Below are positions 23,316-36,688 of a DNA stretch of 64,000 nucleotides, piece by piece. Positions within the stretch are counted from its first letter, which is position 1. Every line of letters starts with the position of its first letter. The notes beneath the pieces are model-generated. The model searched no databases and was not told where the DNA came from. It saw only the letters and a program-made list of their open reading frames with translations. Source of the DNA: Pristiophorus japonicus (Eukaryota); assembly GCF_044704955.1 (NCBI RefSeq), contig NC_091993.1, positions 117,180,001 to 117,244,000 on the forward strand. The letters are read 5' to 3'. Position numbers and translations under genes: made by a program.

Positions 23316-26300
23316 TGTAATGTCTGTAAGCTTGTAATGTTTGTAGCTCCACACTGTGGATGTGGACGTATTGTGTACTGCAAGTGCAGAGTTAATAATA
23401 AACAGAACCAGGCAGATTCCGGAGGCTTTCAAGAGAGCTGCCTGCCATGTTAGGAACTGTGTGTGCTGTGCTCTGTGAATATATCACATTTGGTGACGAG
23501 GATGGGATTTTTTCGGATGATTTAAAGCTTAAATTTTGTTGGGGAAGGATTCAGCCAGCTGACAGAGAGCCTTTGGAAGTTTCTGTCTTTGGAAAAAGCT
23601 ACAAAAATCCAAGTTAAAATACAGCTAGAGATTAGCTTGGCAGGTGTAATCGGACATTTGGGGGAATATAGACACGGCCAGGAACATTTTGAAGCGTATG
23701 TGAATTGGCTAGAAATGTATTTCACTGCAAATAACATAATCCAAGTTCAAGACAATGCAGTCCAGAACCGGGCTGTGTTGGAACATAAGAAAGTGATCTT
23801 CTTATCAGAGGTGGGTCCGGCATTGTATGAAACCCTTGTAAATCTGCTTGTACCTGACGAGCCAAAGGACACAACGCTTAAAGAATTTTAACAAAGCTGG
23901 AGCAGCACTATAACCCCCAAACCATTAGAAATTGCTGAAGGCTATCATTTCGGGATTCGGAATCAAAAGGCTGATGAAAGTATCAGTGATTACATCGTAG
24001 CATTAAAAAAGCTATCGATGCACTGTAATTTTGGAAACTTTCAAAACCGAGCATTATGGGATCGTTTTGTTTGTGGGGTGAAAAATGATGCGACAGAAGG
24101 AAGTTATTGACGATGGATGAATTGACTTTTGAGATTGCTTGCCAGACAGCGAGGTCGATGGGCATAGCTGAACAATATTCCCGAGAATTAAATAATGATT
24201 ACGGTCGTCAGTCAACTGAGGTAAATCACCTGCAGGTTCAAAGTAAAAGACGGTGGGGGCCCAAATTCTCAGAAACTGGAAATTCTAACAGGGCGTCGAA
24301 GTCGTGCTATAGGTGCCCGGGACAACACATTGCTCAAAGTTGTCCATACGTGAAGACAGAGTGTTTCTTCTGCAGAAAGACTGGGCATCTTGCGAAGGCA
24401 TGCCGACTGAAGGGTAAACCACCTTCCAAAGCTATGAGTCCAGCGTTCAAAGCTATGAGTAGAAATCCCAAGAGACTACATAGCATGGATGAACAACAAC
24501 AGGATGAGGAGATGTTAGAGTTATACGTCATCAGGAGCACGAGGTTAACGGACAGCGATTCGGAAAGCATCAAAATCCATATAGATGTTGCGGGATTCAA
24601 GATACCAATGGAAATTGACACGGGTGCATCCGTGAGTATAGTACCGGAGTCGCTGTACCTCGACAAATTGCGTAATTTCCAACCGGAGAAATCCAAATAG
24701 AGCTGCGAGGCTACTCGGGAAAGAAAATTCCTGTGGTAGGTCGTATCACCGTACCGGTGAAATATAAAGATCAATTTCAGAACTTGCCTCTAATAGTAGT
24801 GAAGGGAGACAAGTCTGCCTTACTAGGAAGAAATTGGTTGAGCTCACTGAAGCTGGATTGGAGTAAGATTTTCTGTGCGGAAGCGAGATTTTCATCAACG
24901 GATGAGGTTATCAAGAAGTATCCGAAGGTGTTCTGCGAAACAGGTAGTCCGATCCAAGGCTTCAAGGTGAATATCAGGGTTCAGAAGGACGCTAGATCGG
25001 TTTACTACAAGCCACGTTCCGTACCATATGCACTTAAGGAGAAAGTTGAGCAAGAACTCAAAAGAATAGAGACTCAGAACATTATTTGTAAGATAGATTG
25101 ATGTAATTGGGCTACACCCATTGTTGTTGTACCTAAGTCCGATGATAAGGTAAGATTGTGTGGTGATTATAAAGTAACCGTAAACCAGGTTCTAGAGGGT
25201 AATGTCCCCAATATATTGCCGAATATAGAAGATTTGTTCACAACATTGACAGGTTCACAACATTGTCTTCTCAAAACTGGATCTTATGAATGCCTACTTA
25301 CAGCTTGAACTAGATGAGGAGTCCAAGTTATGTTTGACTATAAATACTCATCTAGGCCTATATCAATTTAATAGGCTACCATTTGGAGTGTCTTCTGCCC
25401 CTGCCATATTCCAAGGGGTGATGAACCAGATTTTGCAAGGTATTGAAGGGGTAGTATGTTATTTGGATGACATACTAATTTCGGCACCAAATAGGCAAAT
25501 TCATAATAACATATTGAATGAAGTCCTCAAATGGCTAGAGAAACACAGAGTATGAGTGTCTGCTCGTAAGTATGAGTTATTTAAAAACTCAGTGGAGTAC
25601 TTCGGGTACAGAGTAGACAAAGATGGTTTACATCCAACCATGGAAAAATTGGATGCAATTAGAAATGCATCCACTCCCAGGAATGTCACTGAACTTCGTT
25701 CATTCTTGGGTCTTTTGAACTATTATGGGAAGTTCCTACCAAATTTGGCTACAGTATTACATCCACTGAATGAACTTTTGGAAAAAACAGGTCCATTGTA
25801 AGTGGTCAAAATAATGCGATACAGCATTCAAGGAGTGTAAAAGCAAATTGGGAGAGAGCACCATGTTAGTTCACTAAGACATATCTAAGGAGATTAAGCT
25901 AGCATGTGATGCCTCTCCACATGGAGTTGGGGCAGTAATCTCTCATGCATCATGTAGTGGGGAGGAGAGACCAATTGCTTTTGCTTCACGCACTCTCAGT
26001 GCCAGTGAGAGTAATTATGTGCAAATTGAAAGGGAAACTTTGGTATTAATTTTTGGGGTCAAGAAATTTCACAAATACTTGTATGGTGGTAAGTTTACCA
26101 TCGTTATGGACTATAAGCCCCTAACAGCAATCCTCCATCCAAAGTCCCCAGTTCCAACATTAGCTGCAGCCCGAATGCAGAGATGGGCTTTGATCTTGTC
26201 AGCATATACATATGATATTGAATACAGATGATCAGCTGATCTCAGTAATGCTGATGCAATGTCTAGATTGCCTTCCCCATCACAAGTTACACCCGATAGA

Positions 26301-28051
26301 GAAGAAGTGTTTTATTTTTCATACATTGATGTCACAGTCACAGCTAAAGAGATTGGTAGAGCAACCAAACGTGACCCAGTGATGTCAAAGGTGTATGATT
26401 ATATTGCAAATGGATGGCCAAATCAGTAACAGACAAAGATACACATCCATTCTTCATTCGTAGGAATGAATTATCAGTCGATAAAGATTGTATCATGTGG
26501 GGTGCAAGAGTGGTTATACCAAATAAATTCAGGTCCAAATTATTAGGAGACCTCCATGACCAGCACCTGGGAATGTGCATGACCAAGAGTTTTGCACGTA
26601 GTTATTTATGGTGGCCAGGTCTTGATGAAGATATAGAGTACATCGTGAGTCAGTGTACGACATGTCAATCAGTAAGCAAGCAACCACCACCAGTACCATT
26701 ACAGGCATTGAAATGGCCTCCCAGGGTGTGGCAAAGGCTACATATTGATTTTGCTGAGTTAGAAGGACAACAATTGTTCATTGTGATTGATAGCCATTCG
26801 AAGTGGGTTGAGGTGTTTCCAATGTGGAAAATAACAAGTAAAACATTGGACATTTTATGAAAATTATTTTCTTCATTCTGCCTCCCTGAAGAAATTGTTT
26901 CGAATAATGGACCACAATTTTGTTCAGAAGAATTTGCACAATTCACGAGCAAAAATGGTGTGAAACATACCAAGGTTCCACCATACCATCCTGCTTTGAA
27001 TGGTGCATCAGAGCGCACTGTACAAATTGTCAAACGTGCCCTCATAAAACAAATGTTAGATCCAAATCCAAGGAAACGACAGTTGTCATTGGATCATAAA
27101 TGGGCTAATTTTTTGATTACATATCGAAATACTCCTCATACAACTACTGGTAGAACACCAGCAGAGTTGTTTCTCAAATGACAGCCACGAACCAGATTCT
27201 CGTTGTTAAAACCAAATTTGGCACAGTCCGTAGAAGAGACACAATTAAGACAGAAAGAGAATCATGATAGAGGTAGAGTAAAAGAGAGAAGTGTGAAATT
27301 GAATCAGAAGGTGAGAGTGAAGAACCATCACCATAAATGGTTAAAGTGGTTACCATGAAGAGTGGTGAAGATTTGTGGTCCTTGCACATATTTGGTAAAG
27401 ATGTTTGATAATGGACAGGTTAGGTTTGTTCATATTGATCATATTTTACCTACAGACATGGAAGGAGTTGAAGGTGGGAATGATTCAATTATTTCTGACT
27501 CATCAGATAGTTTTGATACACCAGTAGCAAATCCTAAATCCAATGTACTGGAAACAAATCCAGCAGAGAATCAGAATGAAAGTCTGAGTCTGAGTCAGGA
27601 AAACAAAGATCCTGAAGTTAGAGTGAGTTCAAATGAAAATCAAGGAAATTCCGTGGAGGAAACCTTTCCTCAGGATGAGCCTCGAATGAATGTGAAATCG
27701 ACACCATGTTTGGAAGGTTTTGTTCGAGAGCGAAGGTATCCTCTTCGAAACAGAAAACAAGTAGTAATGTTAAATTTGTAAATATGGAACAAAATAAGTC
27801 TATATCCTGTGTTATGTATAAACATGAAAGTTATGTATGGTGTTTGTTATAATAACTTCTTCATTAAGGAGGGAGAAGTGTAATGTCTGTAAGCTTGTAA
27901 TGTTTGTAGCTGCACACTGTGGACGTGGACTTATTGTGTACTGCGAGTGCAGAGTTAATAATAAACAGAAGCGGACAGATTCCGAAGGCTTCCGAGACAG
28001 CTGACTGCCATGTTAGGAGCTGTGTGTGCTGTGCTCTGTGAATATATCACA
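23316..28051 (+). mobile_element. Complete but decayed Gypsy LTR retrotransposon (Mag/K02A2.6-like)
   Basis: 173-bp TG..CA LTRs (23316-23488, 27879-28051) and TSD ACTAT. PBS TGGTGACGAGGATGGGATT (23491-23509) matches the tRNA-Ser(GCT) 3' end with one CpG-type mismatch. PPT at 27866-27878. Gag with two CCHC knuckles, protease IDTGA, RT YLDD, RNase H, integrase; many stops and frameshifts. Confidence 0.97.
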
Positions 28052-28590
28052 ACTATTGTGCCCTTTAGTCTTAATATTTACACTATAAACCCACTGTGTT
28101 CTTTTTGAGTGTTACAGAATTGATTGGTGTTATACGTACCTTGCATTAAGTGCAAGGTGAGGGAAGTGCCTTGTCATGAGTCATCAATTATTACTGATTA
28201 AGAAGGAAAAGGCAATAATATGACATGGGATTACATAGAAATCACAAAATGGAAAAAGATTGTATGGCCAATCAATCTGTGTTGCTGTATATATCCTCCA
28301 CATAAGCACAAGTCCTAATCCCATCGCCTGTCCTGTCTCCATCGCCCTTTATTCCTTTTTCCTTCAATCACCTATCTGAACTATTCTTAAATGTTGACCT
28401 AGTCTCTGCTTCCATCACTAACTCAGGAAATTCATTTCATAACCTCACAGTCTTCTGTGTAAAAATGTTCCTCCCGCTCTCTGTCCTAAATCTCATATTT
28501 AGTCCCATCAATGTATTACTCTAGACCCTTCATTTGCTGGAATCATTTTCTTTCTCCTATCTACTCCGTCCTCTCCCTTCATAACTTTAA

Positions 28591-29102
28591 TCATCATCAT
28601 CATCATCATCGGCAGTCTCTCGGAATCGAGGAAGACTTGCTTCCACTCCTGAAGTGAGTTCTTTGGTGGCTGATCAGTCCAATAGGAGAGCCACAGACTC
28701 TGTCACAGGTCGGACAGATAGTCATTGAGGGAAAGGGTGGGTGGGACTGGTTTGCCGCACGCTCTTTCCGCTGCCTGCGCTTGATTTCTGCATGCTCTCG
28801 GCGTTGAGACTCGAGGTGCTCAGCGCTCTCTCTCGGATGCGCTTCCTCCACTTAGGGCGGTCTTGGGCCAGGGACTCCCAGGTGTCAATGGGGATGTTGC
28901 ACTTTATCAGGGAGGCTTTAAGGGTGTCCTTGTAACGTTTCTGCTGCCTACCTTTGGCTCGTTTGCCGTGAACGAGTTCCAAGTAGAGCGCTTGCTTTGG
29001 GATTCTCATGTCTGGCATGCGAATGATGTGGCCTGTCCAACGGAGCTGATCGAGTGTGATCAGTGCTTCAATGCTGGGGATGTTGGCCTGAATGAATCTC
29101 TC
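28591..29102 (-). mobile_element. RTE LINE, 5'-truncated
   Basis: MPDMRIPKQALY..CPTCDRVCGS..H; (ATG)n tail; TSD TCATAACTTTAA (28579-28590 / 29103-29114). Confidence 0.92.
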
Positions 29103-29259
29103 TCATAACTTTAAACATCTTTATCAAATCACCACTTGATTTCCTCTGTTCTGATTAAAACAGCCCCAATTCAGAAGAAAGCTAAAGATAAGGAAAATAT
29201 AATAAAGTAGTTGAAAACAGAAAGAAGGTTTTGAAGAATAAGCTTAATGCTCATACTTA

Positions 29260-29650
29260 AATGCCCAGTCCCTCCACCATCAGTGTACCGTGGCTGCAGT
29301 GTGTACTATCTACAGGGTGAACTGCTGCAACTCGCCAAGGATTCTTTGACAGCACCTTCCAAACTCACGACCTCCAGCCCTAGAAGGACAAGAGCAATAG
29401 GTGCATGAGAACTCCAGCACCTGCAAGTTCCCCTCCAAGTCACACACCGTCCTGACATTGGAAATATATCGGCTGTTCCTTCATTGTCGCTGTATCAAAA
29501 ATCTGGAACTCCCTCCCTAACAGCACTGTGGGAGCACCTTCACCACACGGACTGCAACGGTTCAAGAAGGCGGATCACCATCACCTTCTCAAGGGCAAGT
29601 AGGGATGGGCAATAAACGCCGGCCTTGCTAGCGACGCCCATCAACTGAGA
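29260..29650 (+). mobile_element. CR1-clade LINE 3' fragment (likely partner of the SINE family at 2265/32605)
   Basis: RT C-terminal WNSLP motif; tail shared with those SINEs. Confidence 0.65.
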
Positions 29651-30380
29651 ATTATCTGTAAAATATTAATGTAAGGAATATTAAGCTCCTGTATTGTGCT
29701 TCTCAATCTGTAGGAAAATGTTCATGCTGCAAATATAACACCAAGTACATGAGACATGATAGGCGTTCCTGTGGTAAAAAGGCATGAGCAAGCTTTAATG
29801 TTTAGCATTAAATATTATTCAATAGATGGAAAGGCATGTCAAGATTGAGTGAAAAGGGTTTGAAAATCTAAGAGAAGTTAGTGAAAAATAAAGATTGCGA
29901 AACTCACTAAAATACAACTGCACCACACTCGAGGACTGTGACGCAATAGTTTGTTTGTAGAGATTTAATTTTTAACCAGCGTTTGCGGCTGTTGATGTTT
30001 CACGATGTAACGGGCAATGGCAACACAAGAAGGCAGAAGAAAAGTCAGCCAAACTATAGCGAAAGAAATGTGATTCAAACAGTTGAAATAGCCAAAGCGA
30101 ACCAGTGGGGCTCACAGAGAGCTTTCTGTGCAGAGCTTCATGAATTGGGTTAATCTGGAAGAATTGGGGAAAGAAGTGCTGGATAAGCGAGGTTCACTCA
30201 ACAAAGCAGATTCAGTAACCTCCAACGTGGAATCATAGAATCATAGTACAGCATAGCAGGAGGCCATTCGGCCCGTCATGTCTGTATCAGCTCTTTCGAA
30301 GAGTGATCCAGTTAGACCCACTCTCCCGCTCGGTCCCCATATCCCTCCAATTATTTCTCCTTCAAATATTTATCCAATTC

Positions 30381-31060
30381 CAACAACAACAACAACTTGT
30401 ATTTATATAGTGCCTTTAACGTAGTAAAATTGTCCCAAGACGCTTCACAGGAGTGAAGACAAAAATATGACACCGAGCCACATAAGAAGAAATTACGGCA
30501 GATGACCAAAAGCTTGGTCAAAGAGGTAGGTTTTAAGGAGCGTCTTAAAGGAGGAAAGAGAGGTGGAGAGATGGAGAGGTTTAGGGAGGGAGTTCCTTGG
30601 GGCCGAGGCAGCTGAAGGTACGGCCACCGATGGTTGAGCGACTATAATCAGGGATGCTCAAGAGGACGGAATTTGAGGAGTGCAGACATCTCGGGCGGGG
30701 GAGTGGGGGGGGTTGGGTTGTGAGGCAGGAGATAGGGAGGGGCGAAGCCATGGAGGAAGTTGTAAGCAAGGATGAGAATTTTGAAATCGAGGCATTGCTT
30801 AACCATGGGTGAACGGGACTTGATGCGAGTTAGGACACGGGCTGCCGAGTTTTGGATGAGCTCTAGTTTATGTAGGGTAGAATGTGGGAGGCCAGCCAGG
30901 AGTGCGTTGGAGTAGTCAAGTCTAGAGGTAACAAAAGCATGGATGAGCGTTCAGCAGCAGATGAGCTGAGGCAGGGGCGGAGACGGGCGATGTTACGGAG
31001 ATGGAAATAGGCGGTTTTAGTTATTCCGTGGATATGTGGCCGGACGCTCATTTCAGCTCA
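30381..31060 (-). mobile_element. L2 LINE 3' portion nested in an old CR1 tail
   Basis: HIHGITKTAYFHLRNIARLRPCLS; (TTG)n tail. Confidence 0.85.
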
Positions 31061-32604
31061 AATTCCCTTTTGAAGGCTACGATTAAATCTGTATCCATCG
31101 CCCTATCAAGCAGTGCACTCCAAATCCTAACCACTCCTAACATCTGCTGCCTCTGTACTACATGCTTTGGGCTGTGCTGCTTCTGGTGCCCTTCATTCTC
31201 TCCCTTGTTAATTTTATAAATGCCACCTTTTTAACAACTTTTTTTTTCCAAAGATGGAACAGCTTATCTTGTTTCTATTTCTACACGGGCCAGGGGGGAG
31301 AAAAAGCTGTGGAACTCCTGCATAAACCTCTCTGCCTCTCTACCTCTCTTTCCTCTTTCAAGACGCTCCTTAAAACCTACATCCACCCGGGCTAATTTCT
31401 CCTTATGCGGCTTGGTGTCAAATTTTTAATCTCAATAATTCTCCTGTGAAGCGCCTTGGGACGTTTCACTATGTTAAAGGCGCTATATAAATACAAATTA
31501 TTGTTGTTCCACTGTTCCACAAACAGCCATGTAATCTAGTCCTATGTATTAGTGTACTCTCCCACAGGCTCTAAGGCATGTCACTAAATCCAGTGTACCA
31601 CTCTACTCTCTCGCAAGCACCATTCAACCAAACGTACACTTGCATCACAAATTACGTGGCATGTCAGTGGTGGCACATCAAGGGTTAATAGTGTTTTTTT
31701 TTTTTTTTGCATTACTTATTCAGGGGCCTGGGCTAGGACAGCACAGCCCTTACCGATGAGTGCAAGTCTCCGCTCCCTGATGACTCTGAAGATTCCAACA
31801 CTGACACTACCACAGTGAGCAGCTGGGAGTGGAAGATCGAGGCTGTAACGTTTACTGTAGTACGACCAGATGCAGGAATTTAGTTTCGATAAGAAAATTC
31901 CCCGACCCTGTGCGTTCCCCCTGCCCCCTTTTCTCCCCCCTCCCTGTCCCGCTCCCCCACCATGTCACTTACAGTTAGAAAAAAGATTGAAGGAAATGAC
32001 TGAAATAATTTCAGAACTTCCTTCTCGATAAACTATATTTAAATCTGATGTAACCAGCAAAAGCAGTTCCGAGCTGGACTGATTGCACAAAATGGGAAGT
32101 GACGCAATGCTGTCATTTACGCTCAAAATAATTTCCACCTGTGCTTACATAAGAACATAAGAATTAGGAGCAGGAGTCGGACATTTGGCCCCTTGAGCCG
32201 ATTCCGCCATTCAATAAAATCAAGGCTGATCTTCAAACTCAAACTTCGCTTTCCCGTCCAATCCTCATATCCCTTGATTCCCCTGGAGTCCAAGAACAGG
32301 GCAGGCTTTTGGATAGGGCTAAGAATCTCTCTGGGCTTTTAGGTTCTGCAGTTAGGCCAATAGTTTGTCAGTGCCTTTGAAATCCCGAACCTTACCCGGT
32401 CTAATGATCTGCAGGTTGCAAGCGGCCAGAAGGCGTAATTAAGAAAATGATCAGCAGTAGGGGAACATACAAACTCGAGGGCTACAGATAGAACCAACTG
32501 TACAAGTGGAACTCAACCTCCAGCTGAACAGTAATGGAGGGTACAAATACACCGGACAGATTTTCCTCTTCAGTCCCAAGGGTGGTACAGCTACTTTATT
32601 AATT

Positions 32605-33593
32605 GGATGTGGGCATCACTGGCAGAGCCAGCATTTATTGCCTATCTATATTTGCCCTTGAGAAGGTGGTGGTGAGCCGTCACCTTGAACCGCTGCAGTC
32701 CTTGTATTCCCACAATGAATTTGTCATAGCAGGTTTGATACAACTGAGTGTCTCGCTGGGCCATTTCAGAGGGCAGTTAGGAGTCAATCACATTGCTGTG
32801 GGTCTGGGGTCACATATAGGCTCAGGCCAGGTAAAGGAAGCAGATTTCCTTCCTAAAGGACCTTAGTGAACTAGTTGGGTTTTTACAATAATCTGGTAGT
32901 TGCATGGTCACCATTACTGATACTAGTTTTTTAATTCCAGATTTATTTAATTAACTGAATATAAATTCCCCTAGCTGCAGTGGTGGGATTTGAACTCATG
33001 GCATCAGATCATTTAATCCAGGCTTCTGGATTACTAGTCCAGTAACATAACGACTAAGCTGCCGTATCCTTGATATTGGGTTGGAACTTCTGCCTTCCTT
33101 ATAACAACAACAAAAACTTGTATTTATATAGCGCCTTTAATACAGTAAGACACCCCAAGGCGCTTCACAGGAGTGTTATGAGTCAAAACATTTGACACCG
33201 AGCCACATAAGGAGAAATTAGGGCAGGTGACCAAAAGCTTGGTCAAAGAGGTAGGTTTTAAGGAGCGTCTTAAAGGAGGATAGAGAGGCGGAGAGGTTTA
33301 GGGAGGGAATTCCAGAGTTTAGGGCCTAGGCAGCTGAAGGTACGGCCATCAATGATTGAGCGATTATAATCAGGGATGCCCAGGAGGGCAGAATTATAGG
33401 AGTGCAGACATCTCGGAGGATGGTGGGACTGGAGGAGATTACAGAGATGGGGAGAGGCGAGGCCAGGGAAGGATTTGAAAACAAGGATGAGAATTTTGAA
33501 ATCGAGGCGTTGCTTAACCGGGAACCAATGTAGGTCAGTGAGCACAGGAGTGGTGGGTGAGCGGGACTTGGTGCAAGTTGGGACACAGGCAGC
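32605..33593 (-). mobile_element. tRNA-SINE (32605-33065) followed by an L2 3' fragment (33103-33593)
   Basis: SINE homologous to 2265; L2 motif LTDLHWFPVKQRLDFKIL..WNSLP. Confidence 0.8.
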
Positions 33594-34048
33594 TATTATG
33601 GCTTATGACAAATGTCAGATTCATAATTCAGTAGAGATCCAAGTTGAATACAGAAAGTACAGAGAAACAGGAAATAAGAAGGGCAAAGAGAGTGTATGAG
33701 AATAGACTAGTGGTAACATAAACGTGAATCCAAAAGTCTTTTATAAACATATAAATAGTATAAGGATAGTCAAAGGACGGTGGGGCCAATTAGGGACCAA
33801 AAAGGAGATCTTCTTATGGAGGCAAAGAGCATAGCTGAGACAATAAATGAGTAATTTCCATCTGTCTTCATGAAAGAAGAGGATGATGCCAATGTCACAG
33901 TAAAGGAAGAGGTAATAAAGATATTGGATAAGTTAATAATCAATAAAGTGGAGGTACTTAAAAGGTTGGCAATGCTCAAAGTAGGAAAGTCACCCGGTCC
34001 GGTTGGGATGTGTCCCAGGTTGCTGAGGGAAGTAATGGAACAAATTGT

Positions 34049-36325
34049 ACCGCTGGAGTTGGCTTTCTCTACCCCCTCTCTGCCAATCATGCCTCCCCAG
34101 AGGGCTGTGTCTTTGCCGACCCTGGCATTAAAGTCACCTAGGAGGATCAATTTGTCGCCCGTTGGGACAGGGGACAGGGATGTCTCGAGGTTGGAATAAA
34201 AACCCTCTTTAGCCTCATCAGTTGCATCGAGTGTTGGGGCGTACGCACTGCTGACTGTGGCGCATTGGTTCCAGGATCGGGTGAGACGAAGAGTCATGAG
34301 GCGTTCGTTAACCCTGCAGGGGGAGTCTTTGAGGCGGTCGACCAGCTCATTTTTGACGGCGAAGCTGACCCTGAAGGCGGCATGCTTTCTCTGGTTTTCC
34401 TTTCCAGAAAAAGGTGTAACCTCAACCTTGTTCCTTGAGCTGGCCTTCCCCTGCCCGCCGGGTCTCGCTTAGGGCAGCGATGTCGATGTCAAAACGTCTA
34501 AGTTCCCAGGCAACTATGGCGGTGCAGCGTTCCGGCCCGTTGCTGTTGGAATTGTCCATGAGGGTCCTGACGTTCCAGGTCAGAACTTCATATTAACGAC
34601 GGAATCCCTGCTGAGGCGCTAAAGTATGACGGAGAGGCGCTGTTGGCGCGGATACATGACCTCATCTCTCTCATCTGGAGGGAGGAGAGCATGCCGGGAG
34701 TTCTCAGAAATGCAGTGATTGTGACCATCTTTAAAAAAGGGGACAAGTCCGACTGCGGCAACTCCAGGGGACTCTCCCTGCTATCAGCCACTGGGAAAGT
34801 TGTCGCTAGAGTTCTCGTCAACCGTCTTCTCCCTGTGGCCGAGGAGCTCCTCCCGGAATCACAGTGCGGATTTCGTCCCGTATGGGGCACAACAGACATG
34901 ATCTTTGCAGCGCGACAGCTGCAGGAAAATGCAGGGATCAGCGCCAGCCCTTATACATGGCCTTTTTCGATCTTACAAAGGCCTTTGACACTGTCAACCG
35001 TGAGGGTCTATGGAGTGTCCTCCTCCGTTTCAGATGTCCCCAAAAGTTTGTCAACATCCTTCACCTGGCTCTACAATGACATGCAGGCTGTGATCTTTAT
35101 CAACGGATCCATTACAGACCCAATCCATGTCCGGACCGGGGTCAAACAGGGCTGCGTCATTGCTCCAGCTCTCTTCTCAATCTTCCTCGCTGCCATGCTC
35201 CACCTCACAATCAACAAGCTACCCGCTGGAGTGGAACTAAACTACAGAACCAGTGGGAAGCTGTTTAACCTACGCCGCCTCCAGGCCAGGTCCAAGATCA
35301 TCCAAACCTCTGTCGTTGAGCTACAGTATGCGCAAGATGCCTGCGTCTGCGCATATTCTGAGGCTGAACTCCACGATATAGTCAATGTATTCACCGAGGC
35401 ATATGAAAGCATAGGCCTTACGCTAAACATCAGCAAGACAAAGGTCCTCCACCAGCCTGTCCTCGCCGCACAGCACTGCCCCCCAGTCATCAAGATTCAC
35501 GGCGCGGCCCTCGACAACGTGGACCATTTCCCATACCTCGGGAGCCTCTTATCAACAAAGGCAGACATTGATGCGGAGATTCAACATCGCCTCCAGTGCA
35601 TCAGTGCAGCCTTCGGCCGCCTGAGGAAAAGAGTGTTCGAAGACCAGGCCCTCAAATTTACCACCAAGCTCATGGTCTACAGGGCTGTAGTAATACCCGC
35701 CCTCCTGTATGGATCAGAGGCATGGACGATGTACAGAAGATACCTCAAATCACTGGAGATATATCACCAATGATGTCTCCGCAAGATCCTGAAAATCCCC
35801 TGGAGGACAGGCGCACCAACATCAGTGTCCTCGCCCAGGCTAACATCCCCAGCATTGAAGCACTGATCACAGTCGATCAGATTCACTGGGCAGGCCACAT
35901 AGTACACATGCCAGATACGAGACTCCCGAAGCAAATGCTTTATGTGGAGCTCCTTCATGGAAAACAAGCCAAAGGTGGGCAGCGGAAACGTTACAAGGAC
36001 ACCCTCAAAGCCTCCCTAAAGTGCGACATCACCACTGACACCTGGGAGTCACTGGCCGAAGACCGCCCGAGGTAGAGAAAGTGCATCCGGAAGGGCGTTG
36101 AGCTCCTCGAGTCTCAATGCCGAGATCGTGAAGAGGTCAAGCGCAGGCAGCAGAAGGCACTTCGGTAAACCAGTCCCACCCACCTCTTCCCTCAACGAAT
36201 GTCTGTCCCACCTGTGACAGGGTCTGTGGTTCTTGTATTGGACTGTTCAGCCACCAAAGAACTCACTTCAGGAGTGGAAGCAAGTCTCCCTCGATTCCGA
36301 GGGACTGCCTATGATGATGATGATG
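34049..36325 (+). mobile_element. RTE LINE with an inverted 5' segment (34049-34596 minus-strand endonuclease; 34597-36325 plus-strand RT and tail), inserted in an old CR1
   Basis: Minus strand TWNVRTLMD..SAYAPTL..LGDFNARVG; plus strand GVKQGCVIAP..YAQD..; (ATG)n tail; imperfect 14-bp TSD ATGGAACAAATTGT / ATGGTATAAATTGT. Confidence 0.92.
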
Positions 36326-36361
36326 ATGGTATAAATTGTGGAGGCTCTGGCCTTAATCTTC

Positions 36362-36688
36362 TTTGAATGAGACGTTAAACCGAGGCCCCGTCTGCTCTCT
36401 CTCGGGTGGACGTAAAAGATCCCGTGGCACTATTTCGAAGAAGAGCAGGGGAGTTATCCCAGGTGTCCTGCCCAATATTTATCTCTCAATCAACATCATT
36501 AAAAAACAGATTATCTGGTCGCTATCACATTGCTGTTTGTGGGAGCTTGCTGTGCACAAATTGGCTGCCGTGTTTCCTACATTATAACTGTGACTACACT
36601 CCAAAAAGTACTTCATTGGCTGTAAAGCGCTTTGAGATGTCCGGTGGTCGTGAAAGGCACTATATAAATGCAAGTATTTCTTTCTTTA
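36362..36688 (+). mobile_element. Deu-SINE, 5'-truncated
   Basis: Deu core and L2 tail. Confidence 0.8.
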
